A stretch of 64,000 bases of DNA from Vicugna vicugna (GCA_013265495.1 MU058463.1:1945523-2009522), one strand, 5' to 3'; counted from the stretch's first letter, positions 12,550-25,183 are shown. Notes: generated from the letters alone by a model not told the origin. Translations and numbers: made by a program.

Positions 12550-13589
12550 CTGAAGCACGTAGCATGAGCTCTGTTCACATTTTAAACAAATAAGCTTACA
12601 TTTATATTCAGGACAACAGACATTAGAGGTGGCTAATGTGTTCCAACAGCATTGAGACAACCTGAAGGCAGTGAGGGTCTCTCTAACAGTTTCCGTTGAG
12701 CCTAAGACTCAAAGCCCAGCCCAAGGCGTAATTTATTTATCAATTGCATAACCCAGTAAAAACCATTTCCCATGTTAAGAAAAAAAAAAAAAAGGAAATC
12801 CCTAAAATCACAAAAGATTGTTTAGACACAATGGAAAGAAAATCCTGCTAAATAAAGCCAAGTGCTTTCTTTACCAGGAGGAGGAAAATATCCTAATACC
12901 TCATAAAATTAAAAGAGAGATACATTAAAGTCAGTACAATTTAGTGTTTAGAATAGAAAAAGAAAAATATTTAAAAGATGTCAACAATATTGTTATTCAG
13001 CCAAAACAAAAAGACACTTCATAAAATAGTCAATATGCCATGATGTCATTGCCCTGAGAAACACAAACATGGAGACCAAACTATTAAAGAAGATTATCTT
13101 CAGATAGCGTATCAATTATTTTTTGTAACCTACTCATGCTTTCTAAGCTCTTCTATAATAAGCAGGTATTCATCTTTTAAAAATCTTTTTTAGAAAAAGA
13201 ACTACTGATTGAAGCTAATAGCAGCACACGCTGTAGTAATAACAACAGTAATGACAATAATGACTGTAGAAAATGCCAGGACCCCCTCTACTTATTCCAA
13301 TTGTGCTCATTTTGTCATAAAATATATTGCTCTAGAGCTCAGTTCAATAGTCACAATAGGTTGGCTACATCATAGTCACAAAGTCAATGCACATTGTCAA
13401 ATTTGATGACAACGACCCACTCTTAAAAGTGAAGTTTTCAACCTGCTGTGATTTACTTCTCATGGGTCAACGTCACTGCTGAGCAAGCAGTGGTCAGGAC
13501 TGCACCAGAGACCTGACAGGGATGGGGAAACAAGATTCCTTCTCCTCTGCTCTCTCTTTGCTGAAGGGTCCCTTAGCCAGTCACTTCAC

Positions 13590-13840
13590 GCACTCATAGA
13601 TGGAGCAGCTCCCGTGTCCCAGGCCCAGTCCTGACACATAGGTGAAAGACACAGACACATAAATATCACGAGATTCTGCCTCTTACAGTCGTGCATGCTT
13701 AATCTACATGTGGAGCGATGCTGGGAGAGGAAAGAAGACAAGGAATCAGCTAATTACAGTATGGTGTTAATATATGCTAGTACAATAAAATAAAATTACT
13801 AGAGGAATGACAGAGGGAGTCTTTCAGATGATAAAGATAT
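13590..13840 (-). mobile_element. L2 LINE fragment
   Basis: gagcagctcccgtgtcccaggcccagtcctga...agacacagac...ctgcctc resembles the antisense L2 3' end. Confidence 0.45.
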
Positions 13841-14539
13841 CCTTTCTTCTGAGTCTATAAAAAGCACATTATGAATACTATTGTCCACTAGGGTCATGCC
13901 ACTTTAGCTCCTATGAATGAGTCAAATTAATATACACAATTAGGCATAAAACTCAACTTGGATTTACTTAACTTCTCAAGTGATATCATAATGGGGGTCA
14001 GGGAGACCTCTACATCTTCAAAAGTACAATTCTACCGGCAGGTACAATGGGAACAGCCAGGATATTAAGTCAGTGTATTTTCATCCTAGGTAAGCCATAC
14101 CACCCAGTTTTTCCATGATTCCTTATATGAAAAACCGCAGCTAGACACTGCATATTTTAGAGCTTTTTCCTTGGTACAAAGAAAATGTCTCTGGCACCCA
14201 TGAGGCTAACTGAAGTAGATGTGACCTAAGAAGTGTTTCCATCAGAAAGAAAGCACCATGCAAAGCCATTTGATGAGCATGGTAGAAGGTAAAGTAGAGG
14301 AGTGTTAGGTAATAAAGGCAGAACCAGATTCTTAAGTGTCTCATCCCCACCGCCCCCTAACACCTTGGAAGATCCAAGAACATGAGTTAATGACCCACTT
14401 TTTCTGGTACAATTTGAGGGATGGAGAAGCTCCACATTTGTCTCTGTGTCTAGTCCAACATGCCAGTAGCACAACAACGCAGTAACAGGAGAGGTGTTCC
14501 TTGAGAGCCTGAAGTAGCGCTTTTCAGTGTGGGACATAC

Positions 14540-14638
14540 CTGGACCCTATAAGCTGCAATTTGGACACACAGAAGTGCCAGGAAGGCTGGCAGGAGCCTG
14601 AGCGGGAAGCGAAGGCAGCAGAGCATGGAGACTTGAGG
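14540..14638 (-). other. candidate exon encoding a signal-peptide-like 29-aa segment (ATG at 14626); alternative acceptor at 14597
   Basis: minus strand ctgac...ctgcccacAG|cctcaagtctccATG...GTCCAG|GTATGT; translates MLCCLRFPLRLLPAFLALLCVQIAAYRVQ. Confidence 0.3.
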
Positions 14639-15589
14639 CTGTGGGCAGATGGCTGGGTCCACGAACGTCAGGTGTGGACAACAGCATGATGTCTCTAGAG
14701 GCCACGTGGAGCCGGCCACACGTCAGCAGACCCCAGTGGGCCAGAACAGACCAACTTCCTCACCACAGAGCCTGAACACAGTGCACAGAACAAGGACCTG
14801 CATTCATAGATGCTCCACTGCCCACTGCCATGGGGTGACCTGAGCTCCCCCAGCCTTCAAACCCCGAGACAGATTACACTGTCTTGGGGAAGAGCAGGGA
14901 AACGTTTGAGAAATCTGAAAGACTGAACATTTACCCTAAAGAGACTGAGTCATCCAAAAGAAATTATCTAAACAGGAAGAGACAGAAATGTAGTTAATTA
15001 GCAGGATTACAGCACCCCACCCCCTACCCCTCTGCCACTAATAAGCAGAGTTAACAAGCTCAGGAGAAAAATTAAATCATTATCAAAAGATTCCCTCAAG
15101 CTTCTGAAAAGCCTATGAAAAGGAATTATATGAAGTAGGAGTCCCAGGGCAAATGTCATTTATCCTATTACACTAACACCCAGCAGTCAAAAGCTGGTCT
15201 CTTTGAAGCATGGTGACCCTCACTCAGTTGACAGCCTGGATTGATCATGGTAGAAGAGAAGAGATCCTCAGTCAGTAAATCTTTGATGTCAATATAGATC
15301 ATTTTTTCATCAGCTGCTTGCTGCTACTTGCCTTGGCCTATAAAGTGGGTAGTCGGTGATGAGGGTTAGCCACATGTACTTACCCCCTAGCTCAGCTTCA
15401 CCTGTGTAATTACCTCTCGACTCATATTCCCCAATTATTATGAGATGGATAACAAGGAAAAGTCAAATGTATTCACAGGCTGGTAGATGTTTTGGTAGAA
15501 TATAAACAATCTGGGTTGGGAGACAGTAGACGGAGTGGCCGATTCTATTTCATCATCAACTTTCCAAGTTTCCACATAAGGTCTACTAG

Positions 15590-15740
15590 GCAGTAGAAAG
15601 AATGTTGTCAAATAAGTCTGGAATGCTGGGTTAAATAGAATTAAACAGACCTCTTATCTGAAGAGCTACCTCTAATAAATCGAATGTGCACAGTGAAATT
15701 CCATAGGGGCTAAGTATACAGTTTCTTAAACTTATTCCAG
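15590..15740. mobile_element. hAT-Charlie MER-type fragment (family uncertain)
   Basis: aaataagtctggaatgctgggttaaatagaattaaacag...aatgtgcacagtgaaattcca...tttcttaaacttatt resembles an old hAT MITE. Confidence 0.4.
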
Positions 15741-15744
15741 CAGG

Positions 15745-15930
15745 CTGTTGCAGCTAGGTGGTACCAGCTAATGAAGAGATTGGGGGCCTCTCTTCCCAAC
15801 TCTGAGGCCAGTGATGCCACTGATTGCTGGAAATCAGCCTCAGTGGGAGTATTTACAACAACGCTAATAGGGCACTTGTTTGTTTGTTTGTTTTTCCTAG
15901 AGAGCTGGTTCTTCAACATTTCCCGGAATA
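15745..15930 (-). mobile_element. MER63-like hAT-Blackjack MITE
   Basis: tctcttcccaactctg...gtgggagtatttacaac...gagagctggttcttcaacattt matches the reverse of MER63A as recalled. Confidence 0.6.
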
Positions 15931-15978
15931 TCATTGTCTTAGAAATCCTTTGTGAATAAAAATATGCCACAGCACAAA

Positions 15979-16474
15979 TGTGTTAGTCTTCTGTTTGCTG
16001 CTGTAACAAATTACCACAAAGTGAGCAGCTTAAAACAACACAAATATATTGCCTTACAGTTCTGTAGGTTAGGAGCCTGACACAGGTCTTACAGGGCTAA
16101 AGTTGGGGTGTCAGCATTCCTTTTTGGAGGTTCTAGGAGAGAGTCTATTTCCACGCCTTGCTTAAACTTCTAGAGTCATCTGCATCCATTGTCATGGCCC
16201 CTTCCTCTGTTGTCAAAGCCATCAAGGCAGGTCAAGTCCTTCTCATGCTACATCACTCTGACCTCCTCTTCTGCCTTCCTCTTCCACTTTTAAGGATGCT
16301 TGTGATTATATTGGGCCCACTTGGGTAGTCCAAGGTAATTTTCCTATTTTCAGGTCAGTTTAGCAATCTTAATCCCATCTGCAATTATAACTACCCTTTC
16401 AATGCAAAACAAATATTCACAGGATCCAAGGATTAGGATTTGGTATCTTTGAAGGGCCATCATGCTGCCTAACG
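15979..16474 (-). mobile_element. MaLR solo LTR (MLT1D-like)
   Basis: tgtgttagt...gctgctgtaacaaattaccacaaa...cttacagttctgtagg...gattatattgggcccac; near full length. Confidence 0.9.
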
Positions 16475-18259
16475 TGGGTGGTGCTCCAAGGAACACATTG
16501 TAAGGAGTCAGAAAGTCCTTAAAGGGAAAGTGCATTGGACTACTCATTTTCTAATTTAACTTGTGTAAATTATTTATCCTTTTAGAGCTTCAGTGAATTG
16601 CTCCATGAGACGGATTAATGTTTTCTTGATCTACTTTGAAAAAAGTTTTGGCCCAAATCCAATGAATAATAGAAGTGACAATGTCTTAAGAAAATGATGG
16701 GGCTCTCTACCTATATACCATTATCATTAATAATAATATAGTACAAGGTTTTATTTAAGGTCAAAGTAATTCTTATAATTTATAAATCACTCATTCCCTA
16801 CATGCATATGTTCTCAAAAACATGCAGCTAAAGGGTTGGCTCTGGCCTCCTGCCAGGAGGGTGTAGAGGAAGAAGTACTCAGGCTTCAATCCCCAGGACA
16901 CTTCAGATTTTCACGTGAGCCTGGATCTAGATCTGACCTCCCAGAGCCCTTTGAATTAGTGAAAAACCTGGGTAAATGCAGGACCTTCCAGGCTTGTGGG
17001 GACTAGATCGGGCAAATTCCCCCTTGTGGGTCTCCCTTTCTTCCTGCCCTACTTCACGTTTGTCCGTAACATTCTTAACCCGTAACACAGATCAGTGGGC
17101 TGAAGTGGGCAGAAGAATGAAACCCATTTTTAGTAGCTACTCCCTTTTGGACATAACCTGAACCCCAGCTCTTTTTCAGAGAGACTCATAGAACTAAACA
17201 CACTCAGTCCTAAGTGTTGCTAGCCAAGTTGATTGACATTTCTCCGAATCTCAAATAAATGATTCAATTACTTATTAAAGTGTAATTTTTTTTGGCTGTT
17301 TATATATTTGGCACTTTGTCTCTTTTTGCCTGTAAGTGTTGAGGTTACATTGCTTAGAATCACTTTCTGCTTGCTAATTCAGCAACGCCTGGATCCTTTA
17401 TCTCCCCAACCATCCCCAGTATTCTAAGGGTCTTATTACACGTATTGTTTCCTGCACTGTCCACCAGCCTTGACAAAGAATAGATGCACAGCTGGAAAGG
17501 GGATTAAGGAATGTGTTTTTAAATGGACCGTAGATTTTACACGGAAAATAAATCTTAACAAACTATGTGTTCATCTGACTGTGTAGAATTTTGAACCATT
17601 TTACTCTGCCTTATAAAGAAAAACAAGACCTCCCCGGGTGTTTCTGGCAAAAACATGCAGCTGTGAGCTGTTAGCTATCAGCCTCTGATGAACCTGACAC
17701 TACCTCGGGTTGGTGACGTAATCCACCACTCCCTGGTCCTGGAGACGGTTCCACCTTTGGAATCTGTGTCACATTATGCTGCCATCAACAAAACCAGCCG
17801 GGCAAGATAGTGACCTGGGCAGAGCTAAGATTACAAGAACAGGATCACTTTCTGTCTTGTTTTGACTCTATTGTGAGGCTGGTAAGTGTTAGGCGAGTTG
17901 GAGTCGTTGGTGTTGGGGCTTTTCTGATAACCCCATCAGGGCCCCAACTACCTTGTCCTTTCTGGGTTTGACTCCAAGGAGCCGGTAGGGGGTTGGTAGT
18001 AGCAGCAACATCTTGGCAAAAAAAGAACCTTGCACCAGCCTTGGCCACCAGCGAGGCTTCTGTGGGTTAGTCCTGCCTGTGAACCACTGTGACATGTGAC
18101 TTTTCATTCCCTTTGCCTTCATGACAATGACAAAAGCCTTTGGATTTGAAATGTATAAAATGCACTTGCCCAAGGAGAAGCAGCAGTCCTTGAAATCTGG
18201 AACTGTTTTCACAGGAAATGAGCAAAGAAAATGCTGAAAATAAAAATGTGTTTTTAACA

Positions 18260-18308
18260 TTTTTTTATTAAGTTATTTTACAATGTTGTGTCAAATTCCA
18301 GTGTAGAA
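18260..18308 (-). mobile_element. short 3' stub of a cetartiodactyl/camelid-type L1
   Basis: ttttttattaagttattttacaatgttgtgtcaaattccagtgtaga resembles the reverse of the L1 3' terminus. Confidence 0.55.
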
Positions 18309-19884
18309 CAACAACAACAACAAAAATGTATTAAGTGGAGGGAGGAAGAAATAATTATAAAAGCTGAATGGGGTCTTTCTTATAATTTCTTGTGAATATT
18401 TTGAAAGCAGATATATATATAATGTATATTTCAGATTCTTCCTTCCAAAAGGAGAAAATAACATCCATTGAGACTTTTCTATTTTTCTACTTTTTCCAAA
18501 AAGTTTGGCTTAGGTCCTGGGTTCATTCAACAAGGGATGACATATGCACCCCAACTAATAGCTCATAACCAGCATGATATGACTGCTCAATGGAAACAGC
18601 TGGGTAGATTCCAAAGGAACAGCATTATTTTATGCAAAGGCTTCAGGTTTTAAAACCAGTCTAAGAATATCCACAGGGCACCTCTGGGGAACTCAGAAAA
18701 TAGAGGCCTAAGAAATTGTGGGCTGGTCATGAGATGTCAAGGGCCATGCCTGCTCAAGGTAATCCAATTCCACTAACGTGTTAACTGGCACATCCTGGAT
18801 TCAAGTATTGTTCTAGATTCTGCCAAATACACCAAGGCTAGTGAAGCATGAGCCTTGCTTTGATGAAGTCGATGGCTTGGCAGCTGGAAGGAGGTGTGGG
18901 TTGGTAGAAGGGATTGTATCACATAGGAAGAATTTCCAAGCAGTTAGAATTAGACTCAAAGTTTCAATTTGGTCGAAAAGCACACATCTCTGAAAGTGAA
19001 CCTCCGAATATCTCAACCTTTCTAAAACCTAGAGAGACCTCTGGATCTTCCTTTGGTGATTTCTCTGCCTCATCACCACGGAACCTGATTCCTCCCCTCA
19101 GGATTCACCTTCGCCACTGAGTGTTCCTTGGTAACGTGACCTGGCTCTAATCCGTCATCCATTCCAGCTTGGCTGCCTAGTAAGCAAGGCTGTTCCTAGT
19201 TGGGTGTTTACATACCATGTGCAGTTTTACATGTTTTTACAGCAGCTGTACATTTTTGAGGGAGTGCATCTGTTTGTCTACCTTTCCCAAAAGACAGCAG
19301 ATTCATTTAAAGACAGAGACTTCATCTTTTTCCTTGGAAGGTCCCACACCTTCTCCTGAAGTATTTGACATCTTGGATATTCAAATACCTCTTATTTTAA
19401 GATTAATCAATATTTATCACAGAAGCAGAAGTTTGAGATCTTTTCTATCCTCTAGATCCTAATTTAATCAATCAACTCTGGGAGACCATCTCTGGGAGAC
19501 TTTCTTTAGTGATGGTGGCCAGACACATTCAGCAGGTTGGAGATAAATGGTCTTGGAGGGAACTGAGCCAGCCAAGCCACACTCTCTCCAGATTCTTGAT
19601 GACTCTGGAAAGGAGCACTCCGAAAGGGTTCTAAGAAGGTTTAGCCCCAGAATAGATTAGACACAGCTAATGTTGACGTGAGTTTAGTAGGGGAAAATAT
19701 GACACGTATGATCAGTCAGAACTCAGCAAAATGTAGTTCTTCACCTTCTTCCCTCATGTAGGTGAAGTGTTTGCCACACGTGGAGTTAGAACTGCATGCC
19801 CATGAGATGGAGTCCGTGGGGACAAAAAGGAATGAGCAATTCAAGCCTTACCCACAAAACGTGAATAAGGCCGTTCCTTCTCGG

Positions 19885-20355
19885 GCTGTTCTAAAGCATG
19901 GCCAGGATTCTTTGATACTGACCCTACCACCCCCCACCAATGGATGAAATCTGTTCTTCTTCACTTGAAGCTAAGTTGACCAACAAAATAAGCAGAAGTG
20001 ACACTGTGTGATTTCCAAGGCTGGGACACAAAAGGCCACGTGGCGCCCATCTTTTTTGCTGGAATATGCATTCATGAGCCCAGAGCCACCGCGTCAGAAG
20101 TCTAACTCCTTGGTGGTCACCATGATGCAAGTGAGCGCAAGTTACTGGAGAGCCCAGGTGTCAGGGCTCTGGCTGATAGGACAGTCAGATCCAAGCCTTC
20201 GCAACATCTCAGCCCCAGTGCCAGGAATGTGATTGTGGCCTCTAGGAGTTTGATTCATGCCCAGTTATTCAAATCTTCCCTAGCTGAGGCTTCAGACCTG
20301 TGCCCCTTCCAAAATGCTGACCCACAAAATACGTGAGCATAATAAAATACTGTGT
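19885..20355 (+). mobile_element. MaLR LTR (MLT1H/G-like)
   Basis: gcagaagtgacactgtgtgatttccaaggctggg...aaaaggccacg...ctgacccacaaaatacgtgagcataataaaa. Confidence 0.75.
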
Positions 20356-20639
20356 GAGGCCTCCCTATTTTCTGCTTTCAAAGGAGATTAAAAAGGCAGG
20401 GCCATTGAGACTATGTCATTTCATTAACTATCAAATCCCTCATCTTCTTGATTCAGGGGCAAATATTAAATTACATGCATTGTCAGAAAAATGAACATCT
20501 AGTTTATAGTTCCGGATACCAGAAACCATAGTCTGTGTGTTTTGTTACATCACTAGAATAGTTTGTCTTCAGTTGGCAAGTATAAACTTTTTTTAAACTA
20601 CTCTTTTTTTTAATAATCATATTCTATTAATTCTGTCCC

Positions 20640-20791
20640 TTATTTTCTCTCTGTAAATGTGTTTACTTATTTATTTTTTTGGAAGAGGAGGTAGCTAGTT
20701 TTGTTTCTTTATTTTTAATGGCAGTACTAGGGGTTGAGCACAGGACCTTGTGCATGCTAAGCATGTGCTCAACCACTGAGCTATAACCTCC
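20640..20791 (-). mobile_element. tRNA-derived camelid SINE (Vic-1-like)
   Basis: reverse of ggaggttatagctcagtggttgagcacatgcttagcatgcacaaggtcctgtgctcaacccctagtactgcc plus an A-rich tail. Confidence 0.85.
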
Positions 20792-23700
20792 GTCCTACTG
20801 CTTCTTTAGTGTAACAAAAGAACACAGAGAGATTGTATCTTTGAGAAATTTAAGGAAAGACTAGCATTCTCGCTTGCAGCTGGTAGGACATGAAGCTGAA
20901 ATGAAGTGCCAACCCGAGCTTCCCGGACCGTATTCAAGAGATCAGCTGTCACTGTCCCTTCCCTTGAACAGATAATTAATAGAGATAAGCAGCAAAATGT
21001 TTATTACTGAAATCACAAAAATGTTAGCAATGCTACTATATTAGCATGTCAACTGGGGAAAAATATTTCTTATCTGAAGGTATCTGGGCTAGCAGCTCTC
21101 GGAGTATTCACACTTTTCAAATATTGGAAAAAACAGTGTTTAGAGTGAGAATAGAGGAAAGGTTAAAAATAGGAAAAAGCAAGGCTAATAAAAGACAACC
21201 TACTAAATGAAAGTACGGATTTAACTATTTTGAAAAATGTGTCCAAAGTTCATTATAACTATTACCAGGTGTGCACTGTTTATTTCACTGGATAATTATT
21301 AATTTAGTTTCTATTTACATAACATAAGTATAGCAAACTTAACAAAACAGGCTACAGGCTAAAATGTAATATGTTCCTATATGATTAAAGGACCTTTTTA
21401 GTACAAGGTTTAATAATATTTTCATTAAATAGCAATGACTCTACTATTTTTAATTTCATTAACTCTACTTCAGACACCTGAATTTTAGACACTTGGGATT
21501 CCTAGCTTTTTGATTTGGCATGATCAAACCAGTTAGTCAAATTATTTTAAGAATACAGCCGGGAACATGCTAGCGTTAATATATTTGGAATTATTGAGGG
21601 GATGGTCACAATTTGTTAAACTCTAGTCGGCTCCAGCCCAAGTCTGGTTGCTTTTATGGACCTGGTTTCTCCTCAGACCCAGTTCTGGGATTCCAACTCG
21701 ATTTATTTGTTGGTTAAAGTAATTTTAAATCTGACACATGTATTTAACAATGAGAAACACTGAACACTTCACTGATGTTTTGCATCAAGGAAGAAAGCAT
21801 ACAGGATGGATAGATTACAGTCAAGTGCTGGTGACGCTAAGGGTCCTTAGAGTCTGGACCACTCCAGGGTTCCTCTCTAAGACGTAGCCCCAGTGCCTTC
21901 CCAAGGCTTAGAAGAGCTAACTCATAAATCTCTATTAGCAATGGGGAAGACAGTTGAAGGAGTGCGGGTCCACGTGTGCAAATCTATCACTGTTCCTAGA
22001 AAAGGTAACCAAAACACATTGAGTAATGTCATGAAAAACAGAGCACTTCTCACCAAGAAGAGCCATTCTTCATCCCTCCTGCCCATTTCACTCTGTAGCT
22101 GACAAGATCAAAGAGCTGTAAAGTGAACCATCTCCAGGAATTTACCTGGAAGCCAGTAGATTAGCCATCATGTGCCCCAGAAATGCTGGAGAGAGAGCAG
22201 TAGATGGCCACAGCTTTTTTTCTTTCTAATTCTAATTATTTCCACTCTGCCTGAGTATCACCTCCTCTGGAAAACTTCACTCTTACAAATTCAACTAAAG
22301 TTCCTGACATTGTAAATCCAGTCTAGCGGGCAAAGTCTGTGTTTTTGACAGAACTGTTCAGGAAGTATTTACTATTTTCTGTGAATTGTGAGTACCTTTT
22401 GTACTGGCTATATTCAGAGCACCCTTTTTCATTAATGAAACATGCTTGCCCTGGTGAATCATGGATAATATACAATTAACCATACGTCTCCTAATAAATC
22501 AATCTCCTACAAACTAATTGGTGAGTAAAAATTTAAATACCACTGGATGAGAGTGGGAAAGTACAATACAAAATATTTTAAGAATAATGTTAAACAGCCA
22601 GCTGAGCTACAAAATATGTTTTCTTCTGTTAGGTGCCATGTTATTAAATACTTCCCTACCTTTCTCTCTACTTTTATTCTCAGTTGTTTGATATCGATCT
22701 ACAGGGGTAACTACAGACTGTTAATTTGCCATGTTCTTAAATTCATGTGCTCTTAAAAATGCCTACTATTGTTAAGGCATTTGCAATTTTGCTCTTAAAA
22801 TTTTAACTTGCTAAAGCATATCTTTATAACCATTTTTCTGTATTGCCTTGAATGAACGTTGATCTGTAAAGCTGAATCCGTCTTAGTTGGGCATACCTGG
22901 CAATGAGGCTGAAATGTGAATTCATTCATATGATCAGGATTAGTTTATTAGGCTACTTGCCCTGGTTTTAGAAATATCTTGTTCCATGTATTTAACTTAT
23001 TTCCTTTTCTCTCAAGAGGATAAATTCTTGATTGAAATAACTTCCCTTTTTCCCAGTCAGCTATAAAAGAGAAAGAAATGAATTAAGCACTAGGATTAAA
23101 TGCACGCTGTATGTAGCTGCTCATAACCACTTCTCAAATTTAGTAGTGTTCGTCAAGAAAAGAGAATGTACAAAGAGAAGAATCAGCTGAAAACACGTAA
23201 TGGGAGAACTGGACCATGAGTTAATTGCCTGAGGGTCACCTAGGAACCTTGATTATAAACATTAACATCTTGTTGTAACAAATCTATGGGACTTCTTCAT
23301 CCCTCTCCCCTGAAGCTCCCACAGGGTTTTGGGGGCCTTCTGGTTGCCCTGGTCACAGAAGGTTTGCTTCCTTTAATCAAATCTCCCCTCCCCCAACTCC
23401 TCAGTCTCCTGTTTTTAAAAAACGGAGCCTTTGCTCAGCAGACCAGTTCCCTTTGATTACTCTTTTCTCTTGCCTGCAGCAGCACAGAGTCCATGATTGG
23501 ATGGTAGCCGATTCCAAGGTCTCACAAGGATTTCCAGGAGAACTACCTGAAACGGGGGCAAGAACTCAAAGATGACTCAGAAGTGCCTAGGGAACGTGCT
23601 GAGGAAACTGACTACACACCACAAATATCTGATTCCTGTTTGTCTTCCATTCTCAAATGTCCTAAAGGCTGAGTTCTCAGTGCTCAGGTCCACAACAGGA

Positions 23701-24399
23701 GGGAGGGAGGGAGCCTAGTGTGTTGGACGCAGCAGGAATTAGCTCCCTTTCTGGGTCTCTTACTCTGGGTAATTTCCAATTCTCTCTTTCTACTGCTCTT
23801 TTATTTTTATCCTTTTCTTTCCTTGCTCTCTTCCACTACATTGAACAGTTCTAAGAAGTTAGAACTGGGTCTTCTAAGTCCTCTTACAACCACCCGAAGC
23901 CTGCTCTTCTGGGATTTGAATGCTCCAGGAAAACATTACATATATTCATCCTCTCTTTCTGTCCTCTGCCCCAGCCAACACCTTGTTCCCACCAAACCCG
24001 AGCCTGAATTTCACTCTTGGAGCTTTGCTTTATTAGTCCAGTAAACCTCTGGGTTACTAGGCAGAAGGTGACATAGAGCCAAATCACCCAGAAAGGTGTT
24101 TCTCTTTTTTTTCAACCACAGAGGATTCCTTCCCATGGGAGATGTAGCAGAATGGTTTGGAAGAGCAGAGTGGTTTCTATAATTTGAGAAGACTGACCAC
24201 GAAGTGCTTATTCCCTCCTCTTCCCCTTCCTTCCCTACACAGCCGTCCAGGAAACACCCTAAGAGGATGTTGCAGAGGAGGGCTTTAAACTAAGACTTTG
24301 ATTACCAAGAGAGGGTTGGCTAATCAAGTCATATACGTCTGGCTGATAATGGTTTTTTCTTTCCTTCTTACTAAACTTCAGGCAGGTTTCAGAATAGAA

Positions 24400-24761
24400 C
24401 AGCCACCTTCTACAGTGCAGATCTTATTAAAGCCTACAGTGATTCTCTCTCATCTCAGAGTGAAGCTCTAACTTCACACCCTGTAGGCTCACCTACTGCT
24501 GTGTCTCTGCATGCTCCCATCATACAAACTTACTCTACATAAGGGACGATGCAGTTTTGTCCTTGGTGCTTCCAGCACAGTGTCCTTCTGCCTTGAGTTG
24601 ATCTTCATGGTTAATCTCCCCACTCTTCCCCTCACTCGTCATGGTTCACTCAAGAGCAGCTTCCTGCAGCGACTCTCTCGAATCCTCCAGAGCTGGGTGA
24701 GATGCGCGTCTGCGGTGAGCACCCCTTGCAAACCGCCCGTGCGGCACCTCTTATCCCACTG
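24400..24761 (+). mobile_element. L2 LINE fragment (5' part of an LTR-interrupted copy)
   Basis: L2-like ...cagagtgaagctctaac...ccagagctgggtgagatgc...cttatcccactg; resumes after the LTR at 25184. Confidence 0.55.
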
Positions 24762-25183
24762 AGCGAGGGTAAGTGAGGAGTGAGGAGTGAGGCTCCACTC
24801 CTGGGGTGTGTGCACATAGCTTGTAAATCCCGCTCTCTTCTCTTGCCCTTGTGTCCCACGCTTGGACCAGCTGATGAGAAAGCGCGGGTGCTCCTCCTTT
24901 GGTGCCGGCAGGAGATTCAAGCCACGCAGCCTCCCGTTCCTGTGCGGGAACGCCCCCTCTGGCCTCACCCCCGGCCCCAAAACAACCTGAGCCTTCTCCT
25001 CTCCTTGTTCTCTAGAGCATTTCAGATCTGCTTGAAAGGCTACTCTGCTCACCCCAGAGCAGACCTTTTCCTACCCTCTTGGTGTGTGGGTGTGGGTATG
25101 TGTGTGTGGGGGGGTCCCAAGTCTCAATATCTGAGCCAAACTTCTGGTGGAGGGTCCATCTGCCACTGAAGGTGACCATGACA
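24760..25183 (+). mobile_element. ERVL solo LTR (MER54/MER74-like) nested in L2
   Basis: TG...CA termini; accttttcctaccctcttggtgtgtg...agtctcaatatctgagccaaacttctggtggagggtccatc...gtgaccatgaca resembles the MER54/74 3' end. Confidence 0.7.

Noticed and set aside
16815..17662. Identical 15-mer CAAAAACATGCAGCT at 16815 and 17648
   Set aside because: No element-like sequence between the copies; compatible with chance in AT-rich DNA
17672..17690. tagctatcagcctctgatg, superficially like miR-21
   Set aside because: Seed and body differ from miR-21 and I see no hairpin partner
23455..23580. Strong plus-strand acceptor followed by a short open frame
   Set aside because: The frame stops after ~31 codons, no matching donor is evident, and the region may be an old LTR remnant
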